A stretch of 64,000 nt of DNA, from NCBI GenBank assembly GCA_046563655.1, contig CM102284.1:3410001-3474000 (forward strand), in the 5' to 3' direction. How positions within the stretch are numbered: position 1 is the stretch's first letter; every line of letters begins with the position of its first letter. This document shows positions 1-14,200 of this stretch, in pieces. Source of the DNA: Yuukianura sp. NJ FZ-2021. Taxonomy: Eukaryota. The position numbers and the translations under genes were made by a program. Below the pieces are notes generated by a model. The model made no database searches. It had not been told where the DNA came from and worked only from the letters and a program-made list of their open reading frames with translations.

Positions 1-16
1 TTTGAAATTGCTTTAG

Positions 17-538
17 GGTGTCACTTACTGTGGAACTTCCAAATCCAGTACTCTGACTATGGATAATGTCCCTTGGCATTCAGAAGTTGTTGAGTTTACT
101 CAGAAACTTGCAGAGTTCATTCCAGACTACGAGCTAGCCTGTGAACATGAGCACTCAAACTGTGTTCTGCTTGCAAATAAGAAAGTGAGGTCCATCAACA
201 AATTCAATTTTAACATTTATTGAACTTGCAATGGTTGACTTTCAGTTTAAAGTCGACGGCGAATGGCACACTTGGATTGACTATGACAAGTTTCATCAAC
301 TCGTCCAGAATTATTACACCAATGGGGAATCCGCCTCATTTACTGCTTTTGTAAGTTGGAAAACAGTCTTATTGAAGCTAGTGAAACAGTTTTACTAAAC
401 GTTTCCAATTCTTGTTGACAGGATTACATGGCCAAGAGTCCGCCTTGGGCAGTTTACGGGTCCAACGAAAAGGGATTTGACCCAGATGAGACAAGATGGC
501 TCCGAAAGAACGGGAAGAAGGACATTTCTGGCTGTTGA
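17..538 (+). CDS. TYW1: tRNA wybutosine-synthesizing radical-SAM protein 1, last three exons (17-184, 246-350, 422-538); 5' part lies outside the window
   Basis: Spliced translation GVTYCGTSKSSTLTMDNVPWHSEV...ACEHEHSNCVLLANKK/FKVDGEWHTWIDYDKF.../DYMAKSPPWAVYGSNEKGFDPDETRW...KDISGC* matches the TYW1 C-terminus; GT-AG introns. Confidence 0.92.
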
Positions 539-1180
539 ATTGAGTTGCTGTCTTCCCTTACGTCGATCCTTCGATGCCCGCGTAAACGCCTTAAAACGCC
601 TCCTCGATTCTCGATTGTAAGAGAACGCAAGTGTAGGTGGTTGATCGGAACGTAAACGTTTGTTTCATTTCGTTAAAAAAAGTTGTTCCGCCTTGTTGTT
701 AACCTTATTTATAAATAAATAATACACTTTAGATTTAGTACCTATTTCTATTTCTAAATATTGTTCAAGTTATTAAAATTTGTATAACGTTTTCTTTGTT
801 GCACAGAAGTGTGATGAATGTTAGTTGTTTTTTTTTTCAATTGTACTTGATTGAAGTTGGTTTAATCACAGAGAAAGGTCAAGTACCTATCTCGGTTTGC
901 TAATTTTTAAATTCTACTTTTAATTAACGAGATGCAGAGATGCCATTACTACGAAAGAAACAGCGTGCAAAAGGCTATTCACCATCACCGCAAATGCAAA
1001 AATACGGGACGGGAAGGAAACACAACCGGGAAGGTGTTCGCATTTGAAAATTTTCTTCCTTTTCCAAGGTGCTTTTTGCTACTAAAACGTTAAGTTCGAT
1101 TAATTAATATAAATTTTTAATTGGGGGCGTTTTAAATTAGAAAATAGTTCTCGAGCGTTTGATTGGGTCAAGATCAAACC

Positions 1181-4400
<3,220 letters not shown>

Positions 4401-5004
4401 AGACTTCAAAAATTATTCGCAAAACATTTCAAAAACAGGCCTTTTCGAGAACCAATTGGAAGAAAGAACACAAAATTCACTTTTTAAAACTGCATCGTGA
4501 TTTGCGTCCAGTAAAAGCGCTTGAGAATCTACCGGAAATTCCACGCGATTGGACTTATTAAATTGACGTAACATTCGTACGTATGGTGGTTTTGTGGTCA
4601 AGAGCAGCGCAGCGTCAACACGTTAATGTAATGTGGGATGATGTGGATCAGCTGTTGTCTTCCAGACATTTCATTCCAAAAAAGCCCACTCCCATTTTCA
4701 ACTTTTGTGTTACGAAGATTACCTTTACCTTGATTTCTTTTATAAAAAAAATGCACCAGCTAGGACGAGCGTGTTTTAGGTTTAATTTCAACAGTGTTTG
4801 TAAAAGGAATCAAGAGGAAATCCACGTGAATTTCACGTCGTGAGTTTTCTCGCCATCATAATTTGTAATCAAAAGTTAATCTGTTTTTCCGTTCAACTCC
4901 ACAGTAACTAATTGAACGTCTAGGAAAGTTGCAAGGAACGACACTAAAGTAAAGGACAGGCCAATTTGACGTCACTGAACTGTAATCCATTCTTTAAGTC
5001 CAAA

Positions 5005-5753
5005 ATGGCAAGCACACTACTCCGAAAAGGAATTGACTCCCTCAAATCAAAGGAATTCAGGGAGTATCTTATGAGGTTAGATTTTAATGAACTTTTAATC
5101 AATTTTTCAGCTATAGAGTTAAAGTAAGACCCCATTTAACATTGATTCATTGTTTCCATTCCAGCACTCACTTTTGGGGCCCTGTTGCAAACTGGTAAGT
5201 TGTGAAGCCTAGCCGGTCTTGCGTGGAATACCGCTACGATTGCTGAATAGACATTTATAATTATATTGAGAATATAATGTTTTAATTATTATTTACTTTG
5301 CAGGGGAATACCGATTGCTGCGATTGCAGATACACAAAAACATCCCAAGTTTATTAGTGGAAAAATGACAACAGGTTAGTCATCATTAACTGAATGCCCC
5401 TATTCGGCAAAAGTATTTTCACCGATCCTTTTTATGTTACGATTGTTTATTTTCCAGCACTGTGTCTATATTCTCTAATTTTTATGAGATTTGCATGGAA
5501 AGTACAACCTAGGAATTTACTTCTTCTCGCGTGTCATGTAAGACTTTGGCATAAAATACAAAATACGTGTATTTCCCTCCAACCGGAAATACTTGAAAGC
5601 TAGAATACTAAAATTCTAATTTGACTAACCTAATTACAGATGACAAATGAAGTGGCACAAGTGACCCAAGCTGTGAGATTTGTCAATTACGAATATTTAG
5701 GAGGAAAGAATGAGGAATCTAAATTGGAACTGGAAGCATCAGCAACGTTATAA
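5005..5753 (+). CDS. MPC1: Mitochondrial pyruvate carrier 1, 5 exons
   Basis: Spliced: ...[76 protein letters not shown]..., the MPC1 signature. Confidence 0.93.
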
Positions 5754-6014
5754 GTAGTTGTAAGATTTAGGACGTTGATTCCATTGTTAAGTTTTAAGTG
5801 TAAACCAAAATCATTAGCATAGGTAAATAACGCAGGATTTTCGGGCAAATAAAAATTCAGATTGGTGAAGTATGGGCTTTATTCGGCACAGTTGAATTGT
5901 TGCTACAGATCAGTAGTTCAGAATGTATTTTGCTATTGATATTAAGGTGAATCGCTGACTTCCAAATCACTTCAAACTCTACACGCTTGGCTTTCCGTTT
6001 GGGTCTGGCCTAGC

Positions 6015-6976
6015 TCACTTGATAGATTTGGTGTACCTCTCCGACACATCTTTCCAGTTCACGATGTTGAAAATATGCTTGACATAATCCGGTCGGACAT
6101 TCTTGTACCTTAAAAAAAAGCAATCGGTTGGTTTTAAAATTGACGGAAAATGTTAATCAAATTCACAGTTGTGAGGCTTACTGGAGATAGTATGCGTGTT
6201 CCCAAACATCGATTCCAAACAGAGGTACCAGTCCAGTCGTTGCTTCGAGTGGATCTTGGTTTGCACAAGTTGCAATTTCAAGTCGCTTTGATGTTTTGTT
6301 GAAGCCCAGCCATCCCCATCCACTGCCTTGGATTCCGACAGTACTAGCGCTCAAACGAGTCTTGAAGGCTTCAAAGGAACCAAAATCCCTCTGGATGGCA
6401 CTCAGCAGGTCACCTAACCATACCATAACAAAATATTAGAAAAGGTTGAACTTTTGGCAAGACTAAATAAGATTCCAGCAGGAGAATAAAACCGAGGTTT
6501 TGGAAAATAATTCTTAGGATTCACCTGAAGGTTCTCCTCCGCCGTTTGGTGACAAATTCTGCCAGAAAATAGAGTGATTCAAATGACCCCCGCCATTGAA
6601 TTTAAGCGCTGGTCCCAAAGCGATGATAGCACTGACATCATTCTTTGCTTGAGCTTCCGCGAGTTTCTCCTCAGCAACGTTCAGATTCGCCACGTATGTC
6701 GCGTGGTGTTTGGAATGATGAAGTTTCATAATTTCGGCAGAGATTGTGGGCTCAAGGGCATTGTAGTCATAAGGAAGGTCAGGCAGCGTATGCTTACTAC
6801 GAGATGTTACGTTCGGAAGACCTACTTGAAAACAAATAGGTTGAAATTGGCGAACTGACCTAGGGTAGAAAACAGACAAGAAACAGTAAATTAGTAACAA
6901 TAATTTACTGCAAGGATAATGTTGAATTACAGAACAACAGATCTTACTTGAGAACTTGATTAGTAACCCGAAGCAT
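6015..6976 (-). CDS. SOD2: Mitochondrial Mn superoxide dismutase, multi-exon
   Basis: [65 protein letters not shown]; short basic presequence. Confidence 0.97.
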
Positions 6977-7171
6977 CGCTATCAGTGTCGTCACGCTCAA
7001 GACGTTTTGTTCTAACTTCTGTGACCTTCGACCAGCGTCTCGAACCTGTTTATGGAAACGAAAAAGAAACAAAAACAAATGTATCTCAACAGCAAATCTC
7101 GTGATGTTTGATTTTGAGATTACAATTCTTTCAAAGGAAAAGCGGAGACAGCCGACAACAGTGAAATGACA

Positions 7172-7335
7172 TGACCTTGAAATATTTTTTTTTGGGTTAC
7201 TATTTTAAAAAGTCGCAGCCCCGCTAATACATTCCTTAAGTGAAATTGTGTACGTTAGGTAGCGCTCGTGCGTTGGAAATGCGAGAATTTGAATCAAAAT
7301 TTCTGATTTCGAAGAGTTTTAAAGGTCAAAGGTCA
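7172..7335. promoter_or_regulatory. Candidate nuclear-receptor elements upstream of SOD2 (ERR/Ftz-F1-type site and perfect DR1)
   Basis: TGACCTTGA (reverse complement TCAAGGTCA) at 7172-7180; AGGTCA-A-AGGTCA at 7323-7335. Confidence 0.35.
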
Positions 7336-7654
7336 TCCAATTTTCTCGACGAAGCTTTAACCTTTAATCTTACATGTTTTAAACATTCAAAATTCAAAGT
7401 CTAAAATTATGTTACATTAATGATTACCCTTATCATGAACCCAAATCTGTGTGACTTTTGAAGATGTCCGTGCTGTGTTAGTATTTTTGGTTCTAAAATT
7501 CTAAAATCGTCCCGCTTTGAAACAACTTTCCCAAACTAATCTACATTGTTCTAAATCTAAAACTCTACGTTTACGTTATTTCTGATTCTTCCAAAATCCA
7601 GTCGTGTTGATGATATTATTGTAATGTTGAGAAAGACACAACATTTGACTTGCG

Positions 7655-8485
7655 TTATACTTTGAGTTCGTTTTGAAGCCGTTTTTCAATGTACGAAACC
7701 AGCGGAAGTGATGGTGGACTGAAAACGGACTGAACATTTTGTACATGCACAATTTTTCCGGTCTTGTTTTTTCCAATGCTAAAAGATTTCAAGTTGTTGT
7801 ACTGACTGATAGCATGCAGAAGTCCTCGACGGTAAGCGTCCAATGGTCCACATTCGTAAGTCGAATCCAATGGATTCGTAAGAAAAAATTCCAGGACGTT
7901 TTCTTCCAAGGCTTCAATAATACCGAGTGGCAAGTGGCGTTGCTTAAGCATATTCCGAAGTTTCCGACAAATTCCACTGAATGCTTTCTCGGGATCGGCA
8001 GACCTTTCTCCTTGTCCGTTCGTTTTGAAATTATGTCGTGATCCGTCGGGACTTTCTGAAGAATCATCATTGCATTCCAAAAATTTATTCCATAATCCAA
8101 TCATCGCTGATTCACACAGAAAGCGACCAAATGACCTCGGCGATTCAACGACAGGGACCAAGTCTTCAATGGAAACTTCATCGTGTTCGTTGTCCTCAGC
8201 TTCCCGGATGAGCACAAGGGTGTTTTCGTAACGTCGACTTCGTCGTGCTCCCTGTGCTGTATTTCGACGAAGAACTGAATCAGATGGTATTGCCGGGAGT
8301 CTGGTCCGAAGCGTACGTCGTCGGTAGTAATGCCCGATATTTGGCACGGAGTTCACAGAAGCTACGGATGCTGCGTCGTCGTCGTCTCCTCGATCTTGCC
8401 GATTCAAAATAACAATTTCTGATTCAGTGTCGCTACAAATGGATGCATCAATCGCTCTGCGGTGTACGCGCTTGATTACACCCAT
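7655..8485 (-). CDS. R3HDM4: R3H domain-containing protein 4-like, single exon
   Basis: 276-aa ORF starting MGVIKR; GARRSRRYEN (R3H-associated) segment; C-terminal RxxxH R3H motif (YRRGLLHAISQY). Confidence 0.8.
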   Translation of the reverse strand: MGVIKRVHRRAIDASICSDTESEIVILNRQDRGDDDDAASVASVNSVPNIGHYYRRRTLRTRLPAIPSDSVLRRNTAQGARRSRRYENTLVLIREAEDNEHDEVSIEDLVPVVESPRSFGRFLCESAMIGLWNKFLECNDDSSESPDGSRHNFKTNGQGERSADPEKAFSGICRKLRNMLKQRHLPLGIIEALEENVLEFFLTNPLDSTYECGPLDAYRRGLLHAISQYNNLKSFSIGKNKTGKIVHVQNVQSVFSPPSLPLVSYIEKRLQNELKV

Positions 8486-8688
8486 CTTTGTTCTTCGTCA
8501 GAAACTAGCAAACTGTCAAAAATGACTGTCTGTCAAAGGTTATCAAAAAACTCTCAACCCATTTAGATTGTAAATTGTCTTACAAACAAGCAATGTAAAA
8601 TGTTCCAAATCCGTTTTCCAGCCGCGGTTTGCGTATCAAAAGATCCGGCGGATCGATAGGCTGTTACTCCATATTTGACAAGTGTATC

Positions 8689-9568
8689 GGTTGGAGAGTA
8701 GATCCGCAGTCTGTTTTTCTTAGTCGTTTTTCGACATGGACATGCTCCATGATAACCGAAAAAATGACCTATACAAAAGTTGTTCCTCTTGAAAAGATAA
8801 GCAACTTTTACGGGAACCATTTTTCTCTGTGACCTTTCCTTGAGGTCACAGGTCAAGGTCAAAAGGGGTGTTCCCTGACAACCCACAAAATGGTCCCTAC
8901 AAAAGTTGTTCCTCTCCTCAAAAGCTACAACTTTCATTAAGACCATTTTTGTCTGTGACCCTTTCTTCGGGTCAAAGGTCAAGGTCAACTAAGAATCTCC
9001 TGACAATCGAAAAAATGACTTGTACAAAAGTTGTTCAGTTCAATGAGTAGATCATTTTTTGTCCTATGACCTATGACCCTGTGACGGCTCCCTGAGGCTA
9101 TAAGTTAGGTTTTTTTAAACCTCGAATCCAGGAGACGTACCTTCACCTTGAGATGACACCTCAGGGAGTCGTCACAGGGTCATAGGTCATAGGACAAAAA
9201 ATGATCTACTCATTGAACTGAACAACTTTTGTACAAGTCATTTTTTCGATTGTCAGGAGATTCTTAGTTGACCTTGACCTTTGACCCGAAGAAAGGGTCA
9301 CAGACAAAAATGGTCTTAATGAAAGTTGTAGCTTTTGAGGAGAGGAACAACTTTTGTAGGGACCATTTTGTGGGTTGTCAGGGAACACCCCTTTTGACCT
9401 TGACCTGTGACCTCAAGGAAAGGTCACAGAGAAAAATGGTTCCCGTAAAAGTTGCTTATCTTTTCAAGAGGAACAACTTTTGTATAGGTCATTTTTTCGG
9501 TTATCATGGAGCATGTCCATGTCGAAAAAACGACTAAGAAAAACAGACTGCGGATCTACTCTCCAACC
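8689..9568. mobile_element. 880-bp foldback non-autonomous DNA transposon (Merlin- or Mutator-like): ~410-bp inverted arms, 61-bp spacer, 8-bp TSD AGTGTATC
   Basis: 8689-9097 is the reverse complement of 9159-9568 (I saw one substitution and one 1-bp indel); AGTGTATC at 8681-8688 and 9569-9576; ends GG...CC. Confidence 0.92.
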
Positions 9569-9908
9569 AGTGTATCTGACATAAAAAGTTTAAATTAAGA
9601 CAACGTTTAAATTGAAGAATTTTTGGAAGTGATCAGAAATGTTTGAATTGTTTTGGAACTTTCAAGTTGAAAGTTTCAACTTTGGAAGTAGTAACCTAAA
9701 AGTGTTTTGTTATTAACCTTTTAGTAGTACTCCATTAATTAACAACAAGTAATTAACAATTGCCACTCACCTGATTTGTTGGCGAATTTAATGTGGTTCC
9801 CCCACAACACTAACTACAGTAGTACTATTAGTAATTAATAAAAAAGAACAGAAGTGTGAACCAACTCCAGGAAGTTCCATATTTCATGTTTTTGTGAAAA
9901 GTTGTGAA

Positions 9909-10302
9909 CAGAGTTCGGCACTTTTGCTCCGCTCCCATGCACCCGCTCCCCGATCTTTTGGCCCTACCCCCCGCTCCCATGCACCCGCTCCCCGATCTTT
10001 TGGCCCTACCCCCCGCTCCCATGCACCCGCTCCCCGATCTTTTGCGCCTACCCTCCGCTCCCATGCACCCGCTCTCCCATCCCCCGGGAGCGGCGCTCCC
10101 CGCTCTCCGTTCCCCATGCTGTTAGCATTAGGAGCGGGGAACGGGGAGCGAAAAAGATCGGAAGATTTGCTCCGCTCCCACGTCTCCGCTCCCCGTTCTT
10201 TTTGAAAAGAGCGGAGAGCGGCGATCCCCGTTCCCAAAGCTGGGATCGGAGAGCGGGGATTGCAAGAGCGGAGAGCGGGGATCGGAGAAGTGCCGAGCTA
10301 TG
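9909..10302. mobile_element. hAT-like MITE with internal GC-rich 42-bp tandem repeats; 8-bp TSD GTTGTGAA
   Basis: TIRs CAGAGTTCGGCACTT / AAGTGCCGAGCTATG; GTTGTGAA at 9901-9908 and 10303-10310. Confidence 0.88.
9929..10075. repeat. ~3.5 copies of a 42-bp minisatellite (CCGCTCCCATGCACCCGCTCCCCGATCTTTTGGCCCTACCCC)
   Basis: Units start at 9929, 9971, 10013 and 10055. Confidence 0.9.
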
Positions 10303-11218
10303 GTTGTGAAATAAAAAGTTCGAGTTGGACAAGGGGGAGGGGAGAGAGAGGGAGACGAAAAAAAAAACTTCCCCTACTACCGGTTCATCTAAAACTTCCT
10401 CCATCATTAATACACAAACATAGTGTTAATGCAGTACATAGCTGCTCAAAACGTTATCTCTTTACTAATTTTATACATTTTATTAATTTTTGTTGCATGT
10501 TGTAATTTAATCCTACTAAATTAATAACAATTATCAAATTATGTAATCTTCACCTACTAAAAAATTTAAATCCTGCCAGGAATCGATTTCTTTTTTAAAA
10601 AGGCACAGTTTGCAAGTGAAATCTTTTTATCCTATCAGTTAAAATCACTAACTTTTACTAAAATACATTCGGCGTCTAAACTAAAATTTTTTTTTTAAAT
10701 CAAAAAAAGTTAAGTTAATTTTAGTTAAGTTAGAATTAATTAACTAATTAATTAAGTACAATGGCTTTTCGTTTGCTGGGATAACTTTTCAGGGTTGGGG
10801 ATGAATCAAGATTTGGTCGAGTTGGCTCTTCGGTTTCGGATTGTGGAAAAAACTTCGACTTATGCGTGGATGACGGTAGAGAGAAAGCAGACTTTCACTC
10901 TGCCTTAGTGATTTCTTTACTTCCCAAGATGATCTCTGCATTTTTTAAACAAAAAATTATGGGAGGAGCAACTGCAATTTTGTACGATTTTAGCGCACTA
11001 AGCTCCACAATTGGGCGGAGTCATACGGAGGTAGATTTGTTGTATCTTTGACAGTGGATGATGAGGTGATGATTTTGTGAATGACGCCTCTTAAATCTTC
11101 AACCTGCTGCCGCCGCAGAACAATTAAGAATCAGTGAACAAGGAACAGGGGAAAAGCAAAGACTGAGTTGCTAATTGTTCAGTTATCGAGGGATTAATAA
11201 TTGTTAGTTTGTGTGAAA

Positions 11219-14200
11219 ATGCACAAAGTGAGCAACAATACTGGTGGTGGACCGAGTGGCAAGAAAGGGAAACGGAATGCTCCCAGCAGCGTCAGTGGAA
11301 GTACTGGTGGAACAGTCCAGCATATGACTCCTGGAAGATTTTGTTACTATGAGAGTCACAGTAACAGTAATGGAAGTACAGAGAACAAATCTCCTGGACC
11401 AGATCATGGGTCAACGGGAGGCGGAGAGAATGGTAGTGAAAGTTACGCTAATCGTGGCGTACTCTACGGTAGTATTTATCCTAATGGTTTAAATCAGCGA
11501 CCAGATAAAAACGCTGCGACTGCTGCAGCGTTGTGGCACGCTGGTGCCTACGAAGTATCAAGTTTTCATCATCATCATCCTATTGTCTCGCATCATTTTG
11601 TTGAGAGTGAATTTCCACCACCAGTGTTAACTGGACATATACTGGGTAAATCAAAATTTTGGAAATGATTTTTTAAACTTAAGTTGAAATAACACTTTCT
11701 TACTGAAGTTAGAACGTTGGACAGAAAAAGTTTTTTTTTTTTAAACTTTCACCGATTCTTTTGTTGAAGTTTATAGCAGAACTATCCTGAACATGAACGT
11801 TTGTATTAAATTTCGTGAGAAAATTGCACACAGCATTTTGTTATTGAAACTAGGTGGTGAATTTTCCAGCGTTCCTCGTCCGGGAAGCCTGGAAGAAAAT
11901 GGATCCCTTCCAGGAACAGTTGTGAGTATTGAAGATCGCGAACTCTGGGAAAAGTTCAATGGACTCACAAATGAAATGATTGTTACAAAAAGCGGCAGGT
12001 AAGCCATCGAATTCCCATTTTTTATTGACGAAAAAAAAAACTTTTAAAAACATTTGAAAGAAATTTTGTTCCCAACATTTTAAACCTTTGTTTGTGACAA
12101 ACAAGACTTTTTCTTTTGAAAAAGTTTGTTTTCAAACTGCGCTGGAGTAAGTTCGGATGAAAAAAGTCAAAAGTTTAATGAAACAGATTTACTAACTAAG
12201 TCGCTAACATAACTGAGAAACTCGATTATAACTTATTGACTGTAGAATGCGTTACGCAGGAAAATTTTGACGTAAACAAAGTGTTGCACCCTTGTTGCGT
12301 TAATTAGCGCTTTACTGCAGTCACGCTTACCCGATAATTTAACACCCTCGAAATTCCACGCTGTAGTGACAATGACTTGATGATATGCGATTTGTCAGTT
12401 ATTCTCGTGATTTCAAAGGTCAGCGCCACTCGCAAAACTCTTCACTAAATCCAACTATCAAAAGGCTTTTCAGTTTCCTGAATCCTGAGTCCAACACTTT
12501 CTGGAAAAAAAATTATAAAATTATTGGACATGGGCTAAGAAGGTTTCAAAAAATTCAAAATGAATAAGTGAAAAGAGAAAGGCTGACCTGGTTGAACATT
12601 TCAGGAGGATGTTTCCAGTAGTTCGCGTCCGAATATCCGGTTTGCTTCCTAACGCCATGTTTGCAGTTGTACTGGAATTTGACCAAATTGATACACACAG
12701 GTGAGTTGTACGAAATTAATATATGTCAATGATTGCGAGCAATTCCAAATTTTGAAAAAGAAGAATTGACATTTAGAGTCAAAGAAAAATGACAGTATAC
12801 CTACATTTTTTTGCGAAGCGTCCAAATCCAATACGTTCTACGAAATACTTACTTTAGCGTAAATAGCGTAAGCTACGTTTTTCTGTTGAACGACAATCAC
12901 AGTTTTGTGAAAATTTGTAGAACGTTTCAGAATTTCGTTTGAGATCATTAAAAAAAAATAATCAAAAGTAAATTTTATGGTTTACAAAAGTTAATTATTA
13001 ATTAATTACCGACATAATTTAACATTAGGTGGAAATACGTTAACGGAGAATGGGTTCCTGGCGGCAAAGCAGAAACTAAGCCACTTCAAGCTTTCTATAC
13101 GCACCCAGATTCTCCACATTTCGGAGCTCATTGGACCAAAGACATTGTCACTTTCCACAAGGTCAAACTTACCAACAAGGCCAACGGAAATGGTCAAGTA
13201 CGGATGAATGTTTCTTAAAAAAAACTCTTAGAAATCTAAATTGTTTCAAAATTTTGAAAACAGATTATGCTTCACTCCCTACACAAATACGAACCTCGGA
13301 TTCACATAGTCCGAATGGGGTCAGATTCCTTAGTGAGTCCAGAACATATCATTAGACAAGGACCGTCCCATCTCATATCCACCCATCCACTTCCAGAAAC
13401 TCAATTTATTGCCGTTACGGCCTACCAAAACGAAGAGGTTTGACAATTTAAAAATTTTCTCGAAATTATCGAAAACTATCTACAACTTTGGGATAAAATT
13501 TATCTAGGTGACAGCATTAAAGATTCGCTACAATCCGTTTGCAAAAGCCTTTCTAGATGCCAAGGAGAGACCGGATTCGAGAGACCAAATTTACTACCAA
13601 GCACAATGTAAGAATGACGATGGTCTCTTGGCGGCCATTTTGAATTGAGATGACAATGGAAGTGTATTGTTTCTTTTTGTTCTTAGACACTCCTTGGCTT
13701 ATTCATCCAACAAATCCCTACTACTCGCCACTTGTATCCCAAGGAACAGCACCGCCTTCCAAAGTCTACAACCATCCGCATCCTCCGCATGGTATATCAA
13801 TCAAGAGACCAAAAAGTGAATCAGGTACGCAGTCAAAAAATTACTTAAAATTCTGCATTCGATTATGTACTTTCATATTTTCATGGTTTAGACTTGTGCT
13901 TGATGCAAGAAAGAAATGCCTTAGAGTAAATTTTTGCACACAGCAAATACCTTCAAGCATTTTCGCACGGCCGAAATAAGTTTTAGCCAAAGAGCGGTTG
14001 TGAGAAATTATTTTTACACGTTCGTTGCAAGGTGTATGAACATTTCAGGTTCAAAACTTTAAGAACACAGATTTTTATGAGCCATAATTTTCACGCTTTG
14101 AGGGTGTCAAAGCAAATAGACACTTTAAAAAAAGAATACGCGTTCTTCCCACAGTTTTAGTCTTTTTTTTTAATTTTGAAATAAACGTCTTGGTTGTGTT

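Noticed and set aside
8563-9537. Mirror-image ORFs (141, 60, 60 and 89 aa) on both strands
   Set aside because: By-products of the palindromic element; no transposase or other recognisable motif
9828-10407. Repetitive ORFs and a CRISPR-like look in the GC-rich repeat
   Set aside because: Head-to-tail 42-bp units with no unique spacers, inside a TIR/TSD-bounded MITE in a eukaryotic locus; no cas genes
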